64,000 nucleotides of DNA from Candidatus Thorarchaeota archaeon (lineage in GTDB: Archaea; Asgardarchaeota; Thorarchaeia; Thorarchaeales; Thorarchaeaceae). Positions within the stretch are counted from its first letter, which is position 1; each line of letters starts with the position of its first letter. Of the stretch, positions 19,128-29,469 are shown piece by piece. A program made the translations under genes and the position numbers. The DNA lies in the NCBI GenBank assembly GCA_016933575.1, contig JAFGAR010000040.1, forward strand, positions 32,001 to 96,000, written 5' to 3'. A model generated the notes under the pieces. That model made no database searches. It was given only the letters and a program-made list of their open reading frames with translations, and had not been told where the DNA came from.

Positions 19128-19803
19128 TCATCAATTTTCGGGCAAGATCAATAGCACTCATTGCATCTCTTCCAAACGCATCAGCGCCTGTATAATCCAC
19201 AACATTCTGATCGATGTCTCCCCCACCTATCATTACCTTTACTTTGTCACGCAATCCCGCCTCTTGAAGGGCTTCAACTGTCCTCTTCATTACATCATGA
19301 GTGGTTGTAATCAATCCACTTAATGCAAGGACTCTCGCTTGAGTTTCCTCTATTTTTTGAACGAATCTTTCAGGTGCTACATCTTCACCAAGGTCATACA
19401 CTTCGAATCCATTGGCTTTCAGGAAAGCTACTACTAGATTCTTCCCAATATAATGAACATCTCCCTGGACAGTCCCAATTACTACTTTCCCACTCTCATT
19501 CTCTCGCTGTGTTGATAGTAAGACCGGTTCTAATTTTTGCATTGCTCGCTTGAAGACATCTGCTGACATGACGAGTTCAACTAGAAAATATTCATTCTTT
19601 GAGAATCGTTCACCAACAATGTCCATACCTTTCTTCAAGGCGTCAAGAATTTGGAATGGGTCTATTCTCTCAGATATATAGGTGTCAACTAGGTTGAGGA
19701 TTTTGGATTCATCGATCTCTGCCATTGCTTCCATTAACTCTGTCATTGTGCATTGACCATCCAGTTCATTTCTAAGCGTTCTAACTCTTATATTTGGCAT
19801 CAT
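19114..19803 (-). CDS. Corrinoid methyl-carrier protein (MtaC/MttC-like)
   Basis: GMDIVGERF, GTVQGDVHYIGKNLV (DxHxxG), LSGL, VMIGG; true start may be 19746. Confidence 0.93.
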   Translation of the reverse strand: MMPNIRVRTLRNELDGQCTMTELMEAMAEIDESKILNLVDTYISERIDPFQILDALKKGMDIVGERFSKNEYFLVELVMSADVFKRAMQKLEPVLLSTQRENESGKVVIGTVQGDVHYIGKNLVVAFLKANGFEVYDLGEDVAPERFVQKIEETQARVLALSGLITTTHDVMKRTVEALQEAGLRDKVKVMIGGGDIDQNVVDYTGADAFGRDAMSAIDLARKLMSEIM

Positions 19804-19813
19804 ATATCTTTCA

Positions 19814-21406
19814 TCATGGTAGCTTGATTGATTCGATGAAGGTCTTTTGGAAGTCGCTATGGGATGCCAGTTCTATATAGTGAACACTCTCAATTATGTG
19901 GTCCGCATGTCTTCGACTTTCTGATGAAAGAAGAAGTCCTTTAGCTCCTTCTCCGGCAGCATTACCTACTGGAACTATCTTTGACACATCTATTTGAGGT
20001 AGAAGTCCAATCGCAGTGGCACTTATTGGATTGATGTAATTGCCAAACGCTCCTGCTAACAAAACACGGGCTATATCTCCTCGGGAGATTTCCAAGCTCT
20101 TGAGAAGCAACATAGTTCCTGCTTGAATTGCCGCTTTTGCCAGTTGTATTTGCCTGACATCTCTCTGTGTGAAAATGATTCGTTTCTCTTCTTTCGCCTC
20201 TTCTGAATCAACAACAACGTAGGAAAGTCCATGATCAGCATCTTCGATAACTCTCTTCGATACCTTCTGCATCCTCCCATTCTGGTCTAGGATTCGAATA
20301 CGTCTTAACTCTGCTACAATATCTATGATGGCTGAGCCACAGATTCCCTGTGGATTGGCATTCCCAATGACACTGATCTCTGGTATGTCGTCGATTCCAT
20401 GTATTTGGAAATGCTCTATCGCTCCATTCTGACCCCGCATACCTTGAAAGATAGTAGCACCTTCAAAGGCTGGTCCTGCGGCAGCGGAACAACAAAATAA
20501 CTGACCATCTGTAGCGAGAACAATCTCACCATTTGTACCAATATCTATTCCGAGTACCACATCCTTTACAGAATCAAGTTGCTGAGATAGAATGAAAGCG
20601 ACTGTATCTCCTCCAACAAAACCTGCTATATTCGGTGCTACGTAGACCTCGCAATTCGGATTAATATTTAGATTGATATCTACTCCTCTCATTGTTACAG
20701 CTTCTTTAACTGTAGGAGTATATGGTGCAAATGCCAGTGGTCTCACCTCAGTTCCTAAAAACAGGTGATTCATAGCAGTATTCCCAACTACTGATATTCT
20801 GGTTAACGCTGATGGGTCTAAATCTGCAGTTTCATAAAGCACCATTACCAACCGGTTAATCTCTTTGAGAATGGTATTCCGAAGAAGATGGATTCCGTCT
20901 TCCTGTCTTATCGCATATGCGATTCTTGACATAACATCTTCTCCAAAAGCAGTCTGAGGATTTAGAGATGATATTTGTGCTATCTGAACTCCATTTACTA
21001 AATCCATCAGGTATGCAGCAATTGTTGTTGTCCCGAGGTCAAAGGCAATACCATAATGGCCTTCTTGATATTTGTCAATATCCCACTTCCTCGATACTCC
21101 CTCGGATAGTATCTTAACATCTTCAAGTTGATATGGCACGAGAACACGAATCGGTTCTTCCACAACATGTTGACACGCTAGTCTGAATCCCTGCTGAAGT
21201 TCTTCAGATTGGATATGTTGAGCATCTCTCTCTGTTGGCATACTAGGCGGTTGAACAATGATTTTGCATTTGCCGCAAGAACCGATTCCTCCACAATCAG
21301 CTAAGATATGGAGTCCCACTTCTCGTGCAGCGTCCAGGATGGTCTTTGAAGAATCCACAGAGATCTTCAAACCAGAAGGTTCGAATATCACTAGATGCTT
21401 GTTCAT
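19814..21406 (-). CDS. Corrinoid reductive activator (RACo/RamA-like, 2Fe-2S + ASKHA)
   Basis: CGGIGSCGKC...RLACQ; DLGTTT, DIGTNGE, AGPAFEG, GICGS, LAGAFG, GNAA. Confidence 0.92.
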   Translation of the reverse strand: MNKHLVIFEPSGLKISVDSSKTILDAAREVGLHILADCGGIGSCGKCKIIVQPPSMPTERDAQHIQSEELQQGFRLACQHVVEEPIRVLVPYQLEDVKILSEGVSRKWDIDKYQEGHYGIAFDLGTTTIAAYLMDLVNGVQIAQISSLNPQTAFGEDVMSRIAYAIRQEDGIHLLRNTILKEINRLVMVLYETADLDPSALTRISVVGNTAMNHLFLGTEVRPLAFAPYTPTVKEAVTMRGVDINLNINPNCEVYVAPNIAGFVGGDTVAFILSQQLDSVKDVVLGIDIGTNGEIVLATDGQLFCCSAAAGPAFEGATIFQGMRGQNGAIEHFQIHGIDDIPEISVIGNANPQGICGSAIIDIVAELRRIRILDQNGRMQKVSKRVIEDADHGLSYVVVDSEEAKEEKRIIFTQRDVRQIQLAKAAIQAGTMLLLKSLEISRGDIARVLLAGAFGNYINPISATAIGLLPQIDVSKIVPVGNAAGEGAKGLLLSSESRRHADHIIESVHYIELASHSDFQKTFIESIKLP

Positions 21407-21414
21407 AAGATCAC

Positions 21415-22320
21415 TTATCCTATTCTAAAACGTGGGTGGTTCCTATCAGGTCGAATACCATCTTCCAACAACATTCCTGATAGAGCAGTATCAATCATAG
21501 CTATCGACGGGAACACAATTCCAGCGTTCTTGATTGGCCCATAGAGAACAAAGTCTGCACCTAGAACTACTGGCATCAGACTAGAACCCACTAAGGCTGG
21601 TCTTTTAGCTTCTTTACCAAATTTCTGAGTAAGACCTGCCCATGTATTCACAGAATTGTGAGCTCCGCAACCTACAGGATATCCAAGTGTTTCTTTAATA
21701 GTCCCCAGTGCTTTGCACGCAAGTCCAAGGGTCAACATATCAACAACACCTGTATCTATCATAATATTATCAATCCCAACGCTCTTCACACGTTCAACTA
21801 GTTTATTGGCTAAATCTACTCTCTTACTTGCAGACGCCATGGATTCGCTATCAAAAGCTAGGAGTATTGCATTCTTCAATCCCAGCTCTTTTACATGTTC
21901 AAGTGTTGAATCACCAGTTTCAGGGATGATAGAGTTTAGGACAACTCGGTCCAAGATATCCAAGTTACGGGCAACCTCGAGTCCTGAAATATTAACCTCA
22001 TTAGAACCTGAGCCATCAATTAGAAGGGGCATATCTGTTATATCTGCCAGGTAACTGAGATAGTTTCTCATTGCTTCCGGAGTAGTAGCTACAACATCTA
22101 GCATACTCGGAAGTCCGGTTGTTTCAGAAACATTAGTCAATTTATAGAGTTCGTCTTCAACTATAGACTTGTTAATGGTTCCAGTTCTATCATTCTCTAC
22201 AGATTTATCTTTCGAGTAGAATATAGAGCCAATTAGGACTGTTGGTTCCAGTCCTGGTCTTCCTCCCACATGAACCTCTCCAATTTGAAGAACCCGTTGT
22301 TCTGTTGAGAAATGATTCAT
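21415..22320 (-). CDS. mtrH: MtrH/CmuB-like methylcorrinoid:pterin methyltransferase
   Basis: GGRPGLEPTVLIGSIFY, PVGCGAHN, GADFVLYGPI; no other mtr subunits present. Confidence 0.88.
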   Translation of the reverse strand: MNHFSTEQRVLQIGEVHVGGRPGLEPTVLIGSIFYSKDKSVENDRTGTINKSIVEDELYKLTNVSETTGLPSMLDVVATTPEAMRNYLSYLADITDMPLLIDGSGSNEVNISGLEVARNLDILDRVVLNSIIPETGDSTLEHVKELGLKNAILLAFDSESMASASKRVDLANKLVERVKSVGIDNIMIDTGVVDMLTLGLACKALGTIKETLGYPVGCGAHNSVNTWAGLTQKFGKEAKRPALVGSSLMPVVLGADFVLYGPIKNAGIVFPSIAMIDTALSGMLLEDGIRPDRNHPRFRIG

Positions 22321-22449
22321 AGTATGTTCCCCATAGTCATCATTATGATTCATTAGAACATGGTCCCTTTAAAGAACACAGGTCAGATACCATTCAACAT
22401 AGGGAAGGATGTAAAAGTACCATTATCACCAGACCAACTTCGTAGGAAA

Positions 22450-23835
22450 ATGGCGATTCAAATTCAGCAAAATATCTGTAACACAGTAGTATGCAATAGT
22501 CAATGTCTGATGGCTTGTATGAGAGTACACGGCGATAATCCGCCATTAACAATACAATCTGATCTAGCTTTTCCAGTCATCGACTATAATCGTTGCACGA
22601 GTTGCTTTGCCTGTGGTCGTGCTTGCCCCCTTGATGCAATAGTCATAGGAGACCGTGGATTGGTATCTACTAAGAGGATTACTACTGAATTCGATAGGAC
22701 TGAAAACAGTACTCTCTCGAAACGCCCCTATGAAGTTGCGGATTCTTATTCAAGCATGTCAGAGGCAGATACTATATTCGCACGAGTACAGCTGGATACA
22801 GAATTTGAGTACTATCACCAAACTGAATTTTCTGGTGCTCAAAAAATGATATCTAAACAGATTCCTGGATATGGTCGTTTTGAACATGAACTGAGTGTAG
22901 CCGCTTGGAAATTGTACGACTCACGTCATTCAATAAAACGCCCAGGTATTGGTCTTGATCCTAATGCTGAAGAGATTGGGAAGAGAATCGATTCAAATTC
23001 AGAAGAGCTCACAGAGATGGTCAAACGAGCAGCTCTATTCCTTGGAGCTGATATGGTCGGAATTGCAGAGCTCGATAGAAATTGGCTTTACACGCATAAT
23101 AGACAGGGTGAACCCTATGATATCCCTCTGACATTTGCTAGAGTTATAGTCATGCCAATAGAGATGGATTATGATGCAATTGCTACATCTCCATCCTTTA
23201 CAAGCGCCGCAGCCACAGGACTTGGTTATTCGATGATGGCATTTGTTGAGGCAGAATTAGTATCATTCATACACAGAATGGGGTATAATGCTATCACTTG
23301 TGGGAATGATATCGGTTTGAGTGTACCTATGGCAATTGATGCTGGTCTTGGTCAGTATGGTCGCCATGGTCTACTCATAACAAAACCCTACGGCCCCCGT
23401 GTTCGAATTGCTAAGGTTCTCACTGATATGCCCCTCTTGACAGATTCGCCTGATGAAGACTTCTGTAAGGCTGTAATCAAGTTCTGTGAAACATGCGAGA
23501 AGTGTGCTCATACATGCCCTTCTCAAGCAATCCCCTATGGAAAAGAGCAAACATGGGAAGGTAAGACCAAGTCCAATAATCCTGGTATCAAGAAGTGGTT
23601 TGTAGATGTAGAGCGATGTTATGGCTTTTGGATTGAAAATGGCTCCGAGTGCTCGAACTGCGTGAGATCCTGTCCATATAACAAGAGAGATGGATTCCTA
23701 CACAGAACTATTATGTGGGTAGTTCAACATATGCCTTGGTTGAACCCTCTTGTAGTAAAAATGGATGACCTTGTTGGATACGGTAAACAACGAGATGGAA
23801 GAGGATTCTGGCGGAAATTCAACTATGAGATTTAA
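22450..23835 (+). CDS. rdhA: Reductive dehalogenase-like protein with an extra N-terminal Fe-S domain, no TAT signal
   Basis: AALFLGADMVGIAELDRNWLY, AGLGQYGRHGLLITKPYGPRVR, FCETCEKCAHTCP, CSNCVRSCPYNK; N-terminal CTSCFACGRACP. Confidence 0.82.
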   Translation: MAIQIQQNICNTVVCNSQCLMACMRVHGDNPPLTIQSDLAFPVIDYNRCTSCFACGRACPLDAIVIGDRGLVSTKRITTEFDRTENSTLSKRPYEVADSYSSMSEADTIFARVQLDTEFEYYHQTEFSGAQKMISKQIPGYGRFEHELSVAAWKLYDSRHSIKRPGIGLDPNAEEIGKRIDSNSEELTEMVKRAALFLGADMVGIAELDRNWLYTHNRQGEPYDIPLTFARVIVMPIEMDYDAIATSPSFTSAAATGLGYSMMAFVEAELVSFIHRMGYNAITCGNDIGLSVPMAIDAGLGQYGRHGLLITKPYGPRVRIAKVLTDMPLLTDSPDEDFCKAVIKFCETCEKCAHTCPSQAIPYGKEQTWEGKTKSNNPGIKKWFVDVERCYGFWIENGSECSNCVRSCPYNKRDGFLHRTIMWVVQHMPWLNPLVVKMDDLVGYGKQRDGRGFWRKFNYEI

Positions 23836-23919
23836 TTATTCTTGAAAAATCGAAAAGTAATACAATATGATTTAACATATACATCATCATTGAATGTTGC
23901 ATATTGGAGTCTGGTGACT

Positions 23920-25386
23920 ATGCCAACTACTCAGAAAAATCCTAGGAAACGGGAACAGAAAGACAAGTTAACATTGTCCTTGGGTGGCATATTACCATTA
24001 GACGAGGTTTTGCTTGATGCTATTGTGAATGGTTCGCATGAGGGAATAGCTGTAATCGGAGATGACTTCAAGTTACTCTATGTAAACGATCAATGCTGCA
24101 AGGTGTTTGGGGGGACTAGGGATGAGTTAATTGGGTATGATTTTCGACAATTCATCAACGAGGATTCCCTGAAGACTGTCACACAGAGATATCTGCAGAG
24201 GCGTTCGGGAAAGCGAGTTCCAGATACTTATCCCATCCATCTGACGCGAAAGGATGGAAGTACAGTAACGGTTGAAGGTATAGTTGACATTACAACGGCT
24301 CTTGATGGCACTACTCTGACGATTGCACATGTTCTTGATATTACACCAATTCAGAGAGGTCAAGAATTACTTGAACAATCTGAAACAAGATATCAGATAC
24401 TCGTTGAAACGATGAATGATGGTCTGGCTATCGATGACCGAAAGGGGAATATAACATATGCAAACCGAGCATTCTGTCGTATGCTCAACTGCTCTGAAAC
24501 TGATATCATAGGAAAACCATGGGTGAATTTTACAACTAATATTGATGAGGAGAGTATTAAGAGGAAAATTGATGAACGCCGCACAGGCATATCAGAACGC
24601 TATGAACTGACTTGGAAAAGTTCGACTGGCGAGTTAGTACCAACAATTGTTTCTGCAACGCCGCTCTTTGATCGTTCTGGTGATTTTATCGGTACTTTTG
24701 CGATAGTGACAGAGATAACAGCACAAAAAGACGCAGAAGAAACTATTCAATTCTATCTTGACCTTCTATCTCATGATGTTACGAATCAACTGCAGGTCAT
24801 TATGACAAGTAGCGGTCTCTTAGAGGAGGAGGTGCCTCAATCATATATTGCTGATGCTCGAAATGATATACTGGAAGCTGTTGAAAGGTGCAATAGGCTT
24901 ATCACAAAGGTGAAGCGTGCAGCTCAGATTCGGCAGATCCCAATTTCGATCGTGGAACTATCGCAGATTCTTAATGAACGAATTTTAGTTCTTGAGAAGG
25001 TCTACGGTGCAAAAGTGCACCAGCAGGGGATAAAGAAGAAAGTGCTGGTCGAAGCGGATGTTCTACTTGGGGAGCTAATCTGGAACCTCCTTGAGAATGC
25101 AGCACGCCACAATCCAACAGAAAACAAAGAGATTTGGATATCTGTAGAGCCCCTAAAGGATGTAGTCCGGATTGCCATATCAGACAATGGACCTGGATTA
25201 AGTGACTCTCGAAAGACTGTACTCTTTACTGAGCGGAAGCATGGTGGTGGAGTTGGTCTTAGACTCGTGCGTCAGATGATTCGAAAGTATGGTGGTATGA
25301 TTGAAGTTACAGACAGAGTCAAGGACAATCCAAGTGAAGGCTTGAAATTCATAGTCACTCTGAGAAAAACACAGAAATCAAAATAG
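23920..25386 (+). CDS. Soluble PAS-PAS histidine kinase
   Basis: Two PAS domains; H-box LLSHDVTNQL, N-box NLLENAARHN, SDNGPG, GGGVGL. Confidence 0.92.
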   Translation: MPTTQKNPRKREQKDKLTLSLGGILPLDEVLLDAIVNGSHEGIAVIGDDFKLLYVNDQCCKVFGGTRDELIGYDFRQFINEDSLKTVTQRYLQRRSGKRVPDTYPIHLTRKDGSTVTVEGIVDITTALDGTTLTIAHVLDITPIQRGQELLEQSETRYQILVETMNDGLAIDDRKGNITYANRAFCRMLNCSETDIIGKPWVNFTTNIDEESIKRKIDERRTGISERYELTWKSSTGELVPTIVSATPLFDRSGDFIGTFAIVTEITAQKDAEETIQFYLDLLSHDVTNQLQVIMTSSGLLEEEVPQSYIADARNDILEAVERCNRLITKVKRAAQIRQIPISIVELSQILNERILVLEKVYGAKVHQQGIKKKVLVEADVLLGELIWNLLENAARHNPTENKEIWISVEPLKDVVRIAISDNGPGLSDSRKTVLFTERKHGGGVGLRLVRQMIRKYGGMIEVTDRVKDNPSEGLKFIVTLRKTQKSK

Positions 25387-25395
25387 AAATCAATC

Positions 25396-25683
25396 TCAGG
25401 TCTTATTCTGAATTCTCTGGTACAATCCTTCAAAGAAATCCTTCTTCTTGATTTTTCCTTCGTTTATCTTGAAGAAATTGGTTTTGATACGATATAATCT
25501 TCTCTTCACTTGTTCATACTCTTTGATGCTTTTTTTTCCAACAACACTATCAATGACTTCAGTTACTGCTTCTGGAAAATTGTCAATATATTGACACTGC
25601 TTTATTTGAATATGAAAAAGGGTACTTTGTAGAATATCTGTTCTAGAGATACATCTGTTTTCCATTGCGCACGGTCCCCACAT
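25396..25683 (-). other. AT-rich short ORF, possibly a decayed gene remnant
   Basis: 95-aa Lys-rich ORF with stops just upstream; no recognisable motif. Confidence 0.25.
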
Positions 25684-25821
25684 TGTAGGAATGTAATTTT
25701 TCTAATAAAAGTTCTAATAATTCTCACACAGCATCTAGTAAATACATTCGCGCGTTTTCATGGTGAACAGCGTTGGAGTTTTAACATGCAATGCACATGT
25801 AAACTTCGAGTCTGTTTTAAA

Positions 25822-26517
25822 ATGAGAATTGCCTCTGTTATTGACATCAGTTTGGTTGATGTTCCAAAAATCCCTGTTACCGTATTATTTACTGCAGGAT
25901 GTAATATGGACTGTCCCTATTGTCAGAATGCTGAGATTATTCCTCTGGATAGTGGTTCGGAGATGTCCATTCCCCATATTGTAGAACGTGTAAGAGGCAA
26001 TCTAAGCGATGGATACTGCATCACTGGTGGTGAGCCTACAATACATCGCGATCTCCCTGAGCTTGTACAAGCATTAAGAGAGGACGGTGCCGGTCACATT
26101 AACCTTAACACACAAGGATCAGTTCCAGACGTGTTGAGAAAGTGCCTTCCTTTCCTAGATTCTGTTTGGTTTGATTTCAAGACTGTCCCATCAAGGTATG
26201 CTGAGATAACACGTACTAAGAGTGACCCGTGGCCAAGAGTAATGAAGAGCATAGAATTGCTTGTATCCTCCAATGTTTCGTTCTGGCCACGAACAACTTA
26301 CGTGGGGAATCTCATGAATTCTGAAGAGATTCTTCAAATCTCCCAAGAACTAGCTCAGATGGGGTTTAGAGGAGAATATTTGGTACAGAACTACAAACGT
26401 TCTTCAGGAACTCGAGAAAGTCATGTTGTTGGTTTCGTGGAACCAGAACGAGACGAGATTGAATCATTGATAGATAAAGTACCATCACAAATTTCATTGA
26501 AACTTGAATGGCGCTGA
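25822..26517 (+). CDS. Radical SAM activase (NrdG/PflA-like, anaerobic RNR activator family)
   Basis: GCNMDCPYCQN, ITGGEPT, LNTQGS. Confidence 0.85.
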   Translation: MRIASVIDISLVDVPKIPVTVLFTAGCNMDCPYCQNAEIIPLDSGSEMSIPHIVERVRGNLSDGYCITGGEPTIHRDLPELVQALREDGAGHINLNTQGSVPDVLRKCLPFLDSVWFDFKTVPSRYAEITRTKSDPWPRVMKSIELLVSSNVSFWPRTTYVGNLMNSEEILQISQELAQMGFRGEYLVQNYKRSSGTRESHVVGFVEPERDEIESLIDKVPSQISLKLEWR

Positions 26518-26620
26518 GACCAAGAGCTAACACACAGACAACCTTTTAAACGCCGTAGAGGTGACCTTGATTTGACCACGCCAGAATCTAGGTGTATATC
26601 TCCTGGAGTGTTGTCTTATC

Positions 26621-27352
26621 ATGTTTCCAACACAAAGTATGGGCTACGACCGAGCAATCACTGTGTTCAGCCCTGAAGGACGATTATATCAAGTAGAGTA
26701 TGCTACAGAAGCAGTTCGCCATGGGCCTCTCGCTGTTGGGGTCAAGGCAGTCGATGGTGTCGTATTGGCTGGCGAGAAAAGATCGCCTCACGCACTTGCT
26801 GATCTTGATACCCTGAAGAAGCTCCTATTGATCGATGATCACATCGGTACTGCTATTGCTGGTCTTCATGCTGATGCAAGAAAACTCATTGACCAAGCAA
26901 GAGTCCAGTCACAAATCAATAGACTGAGCTATGATGAGCCAATCTCCATTCAGTCATTGGTCGTCAATATCTGTGATACCAAACAGCAGTATACTCAATA
27001 TGGTGGAGTTCGCCCCTTCGGAGTTTCACTACTTGTGGCTGGTGTAGATGATCATGGACCCCAACTCTATACAACTGACCCATCTGGTTCATTCTGGGGT
27101 TGGAAAGCAGCAGCTATTGGTAAGGAAGCAGACGTTGTTCGTGATTTCTTCAGTGAAAACTACAAGAACAATCTAAAACTTGAGGCAGCACAGACTCTTG
27201 CACTCAAAGGTCTCTTAAGGTCTGAGGATCTCAGTTCAATTGATTCTGCTGAGAGAGCAAAGACAATCGAGATTGGCAAGATAAGCACCACTGACAATAT
27301 GTTCAGAATTCTCGCACAGGAAGAGGTTGAAACTATCCTCTCAGCGCTGTAG
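26621..27352 (+). CDS. psmA: Proteasome alpha subunit
   Basis: YDRAITVFSPEGRLYQVEYA signature; RPFGVSLL. Confidence 0.97.
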   Translation: MFPTQSMGYDRAITVFSPEGRLYQVEYATEAVRHGPLAVGVKAVDGVVLAGEKRSPHALADLDTLKKLLLIDDHIGTAIAGLHADARKLIDQARVQSQINRLSYDEPISIQSLVVNICDTKQQYTQYGGVRPFGVSLLVAGVDDHGPQLYTTDPSGSFWGWKAAAIGKEADVVRDFFSENYKNNLKLEAAQTLALKGLLRSEDLSSIDSAERAKTIEIGKISTTDNMFRILAQEEVETILSAL

Positions 27353-27387
27353 TTGAGTTGGAATCAGCTTCTTCTTTCTTCTTCTTT

Positions 27388-28284
27388 TTATTTCTTAGAG
27401 CACTCAACCAGTCTATCCACAATTAGTGCAGCTATATCTAATCCTGTGACACGTGCTAATGCACTCCATGATGGTGCTGCATTTGCTTCAATTACACAAG
27501 GCCCATTTGGTGATTCGATGATATCTATTCCAGTATAATCAAGTCCCAGTACTTCTGCAGCCTTGATAGCACATTCTTCGTATTCTGGAAGGAGTTCTGT
27601 GAGCTCTGCCTCTCCTCCTCCATGGACATTGGTGCGCCACTCACCCTCTACTCCCTTGGGAAGATATCGATACATTGCCCCCACAAGTTGACCTCCAATG
27701 ACAAAGGCTCTGATATCTCTGTCAGGTTTTTCTATCATCTCTTGAACATAGAGAACCTGTCCAAGTTGGTGAATGAATTTCATAGCTCGATAAGTCAGTT
27801 CTCGATGTTCTGCACGAATTGCACCCATCCCCCTTGCTCCGATGAGCGGTTTAATCACAACATCTCCTACTTCCTCTGTGAACTTGATAGCTGCCTCGAG
27901 ATTTTCACCAATGAATGTTCTTGGGACTAGAATTCCTGCCTTATTGAGAGCTGTCAATGTGGCATACTTGTCCTTTGCTCTTCTGAACGAGTATGCTGGG
28001 TTCATTACATAGATACCAGCGTCCTCGAAGTGCTCAAGTAGACTGATTCTATAGGTTATTTGATCCCCAGTTCCAAATCCTATCGTTCTCACCAAGACTC
28101 CATCCATATTGGATACATCTTCTTCATCAAGGTACATGAATTTGTTAGGAATCTCTGCAGATACATCCGGCAACCGAAATGGCTTAGGGACGTGACCTTT
28201 TGCCTTCATTGCATCAATCAGACTTGCTGTTGCCCAGTTGTTTATGTTCTCATGATAAACAACACCAAATAGACGGTTCTTCAA
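27388..28284 (-). CDS. RimK-family ATP-grasp ligase (MptN/CofF-like)
   Basis: DKY, VVIKPLIGARGMG, QEMIEKPDRDIR, WRTNVHGGG, IEANAAP. Confidence 0.85.
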   Translation of the reverse strand: MKNRLFGVVYHENINNWATASLIDAMKAKGHVPKPFRLPDVSAEIPNKFMYLDEEDVSNMDGVLVRTIGFGTGDQITYRISLLEHFEDAGIYVMNPAYSFRRAKDKYATLTALNKAGILVPRTFIGENLEAAIKFTEEVGDVVIKPLIGARGMGAIRAEHRELTYRAMKFIHQLGQVLYVQEMIEKPDRDIRAFVIGGQLVGAMYRYLPKGVEGEWRTNVHGGGEAELTELLPEYEECAIKAAEVLGLDYTGIDIIESPNGPCVIEANAAPSWSALARVTGLDIAALIVDRLVECSKK

Positions 28285-28460
28285 TGATAATAACCTCTGA
28301 TTTCAGTATCTAACCTGCACTTTGCTTGGTTAAAAGACCTATCCACTCACAGATTATTGAACTATTCCTTTTCACTAGAATTTTCAATGATTCGCCGAAG
28401 ATAAGCGTTAAGTACAATTCATCGTTGAGATTCTCAGACCTATTAAAGCAGGTGTGTTGT

Positions 28461-29465
28461 TTGATTAACAGGCTTGTTGAACTTGCTGACGAATTGGCAC
28501 AGAAAAGGAAACAAGATCCAGAACTCTTGAACAGAATGGAGATTGCATCTCAAGGACAGTCACCTGGATTTCTTCTAATATCACCCATCAACAGAAGTTC
28601 ACAAGACCTTCAACTATTTGGTATGCTTACTGGTGATGCATTTCATGGAACTAGAGTGCCAAGAATGCCAATCCTTACTCCAGAGCTATCTCCTGTCCTG
28701 TTCAAAGGACCTGCTTCATATAACCGAGTTTTTCCAAAAAAGCGTGGTGTGATTCTCACATTTGAGCATGACGAGTCAGATGAAGTTGTTAAGGACTCAC
28801 TTGAAAATCTCACACTACATCCAGATTTGAAAGGCGTACCTATCAGTGCATTTCATGTAGACTATGAAACTGGTCGCGCTCGTATTGTTGTTCATGGAAA
28901 AGGTAGAAGCTATGAGAATGAGAGCTGGTTACTTCGACGTTTGAAATGTCCGGAGTCTGTCGATACTAACACACTTGTTCTGATCTGTTCTGACTCTCGA
29001 GTACAACCTCCAGTCACCCCTGAAGGTCTTCCTATGGCAATTCAGACACTTGGTGGATATCTTCCCAGATTCAGTGGAGTCAATGATGAGACCCATCAAC
29101 TGAGTACTTTTTTCAAAGGATGGCTAACAGAAGAGTCTGACAAACACATTCTAATCATCGCCCACGGGAATTTCAAAGATGAAGGACCATCCTGTGGTGC
29201 AGCTACTGCTTCTCTAAATCCTGATGAAGTTCCGAATCCAATACTTCGTCCAATAATTATGGAACTCCAACAAGCAGCATTGCCTTATGAATCTCGCAAA
29301 CCCGAAATCCCCGAGGATCGAGTAAAGTCATTATCACTAGCGATTAAGGAGAACTTGCTCTCCTATCGAAGCGTACAAGTGTATCATGAAATCCACCCCG
29401 AAGGTTTCATCGATATCTTATTGATGGATACAGTGAGTAACGTGTTATCGACCGCTGAAATCTAG
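28461..29465 (+). CDS. Beta-carbonic anhydrase-like protein with a duplicated, degenerate N-terminal domain
   Basis: C-half ICSDSRV...IIAHGN...CGAA; N-half GQSPGFLLIS...FGMLTGDAF lacks the ligands; AGGTG before TTG 28461. Confidence 0.55.
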   Translation: MINRLVELADELAQKRKQDPELLNRMEIASQGQSPGFLLISPINRSSQDLQLFGMLTGDAFHGTRVPRMPILTPELSPVLFKGPASYNRVFPKKRGVILTFEHDESDEVVKDSLENLTLHPDLKGVPISAFHVDYETGRARIVVHGKGRSYENESWLLRRLKCPESVDTNTLVLICSDSRVQPPVTPEGLPMAIQTLGGYLPRFSGVNDETHQLSTFFKGWLTEESDKHILIIAHGNFKDEGPSCGAATASLNPDEVPNPILRPIIMELQQAALPYESRKPEIPEDRVKSLSLAIKENLLSYRSVQVYHEIHPEGFIDILLMDTVSNVLSTAEI

Positions 29466-29469
29466 CTCA

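Noticed and set aside
22450-23835. Epoxyqueuosine reductase QueG as the alternative call
   Set aside because: Length, the N-terminal IFAR region, GADMVGI...WLY and the C-terminal W...C..C...CPYNK pattern fit RdhA better; not fully excluded without a phylogeny.
25684-25761. Three in-frame TAG codons upstream of the 95-aa ORF (amber recoding?)
   Set aside because: AT-rich, no recognisable protein on read-through, and TAG is used as a normal stop by many genes in the window.
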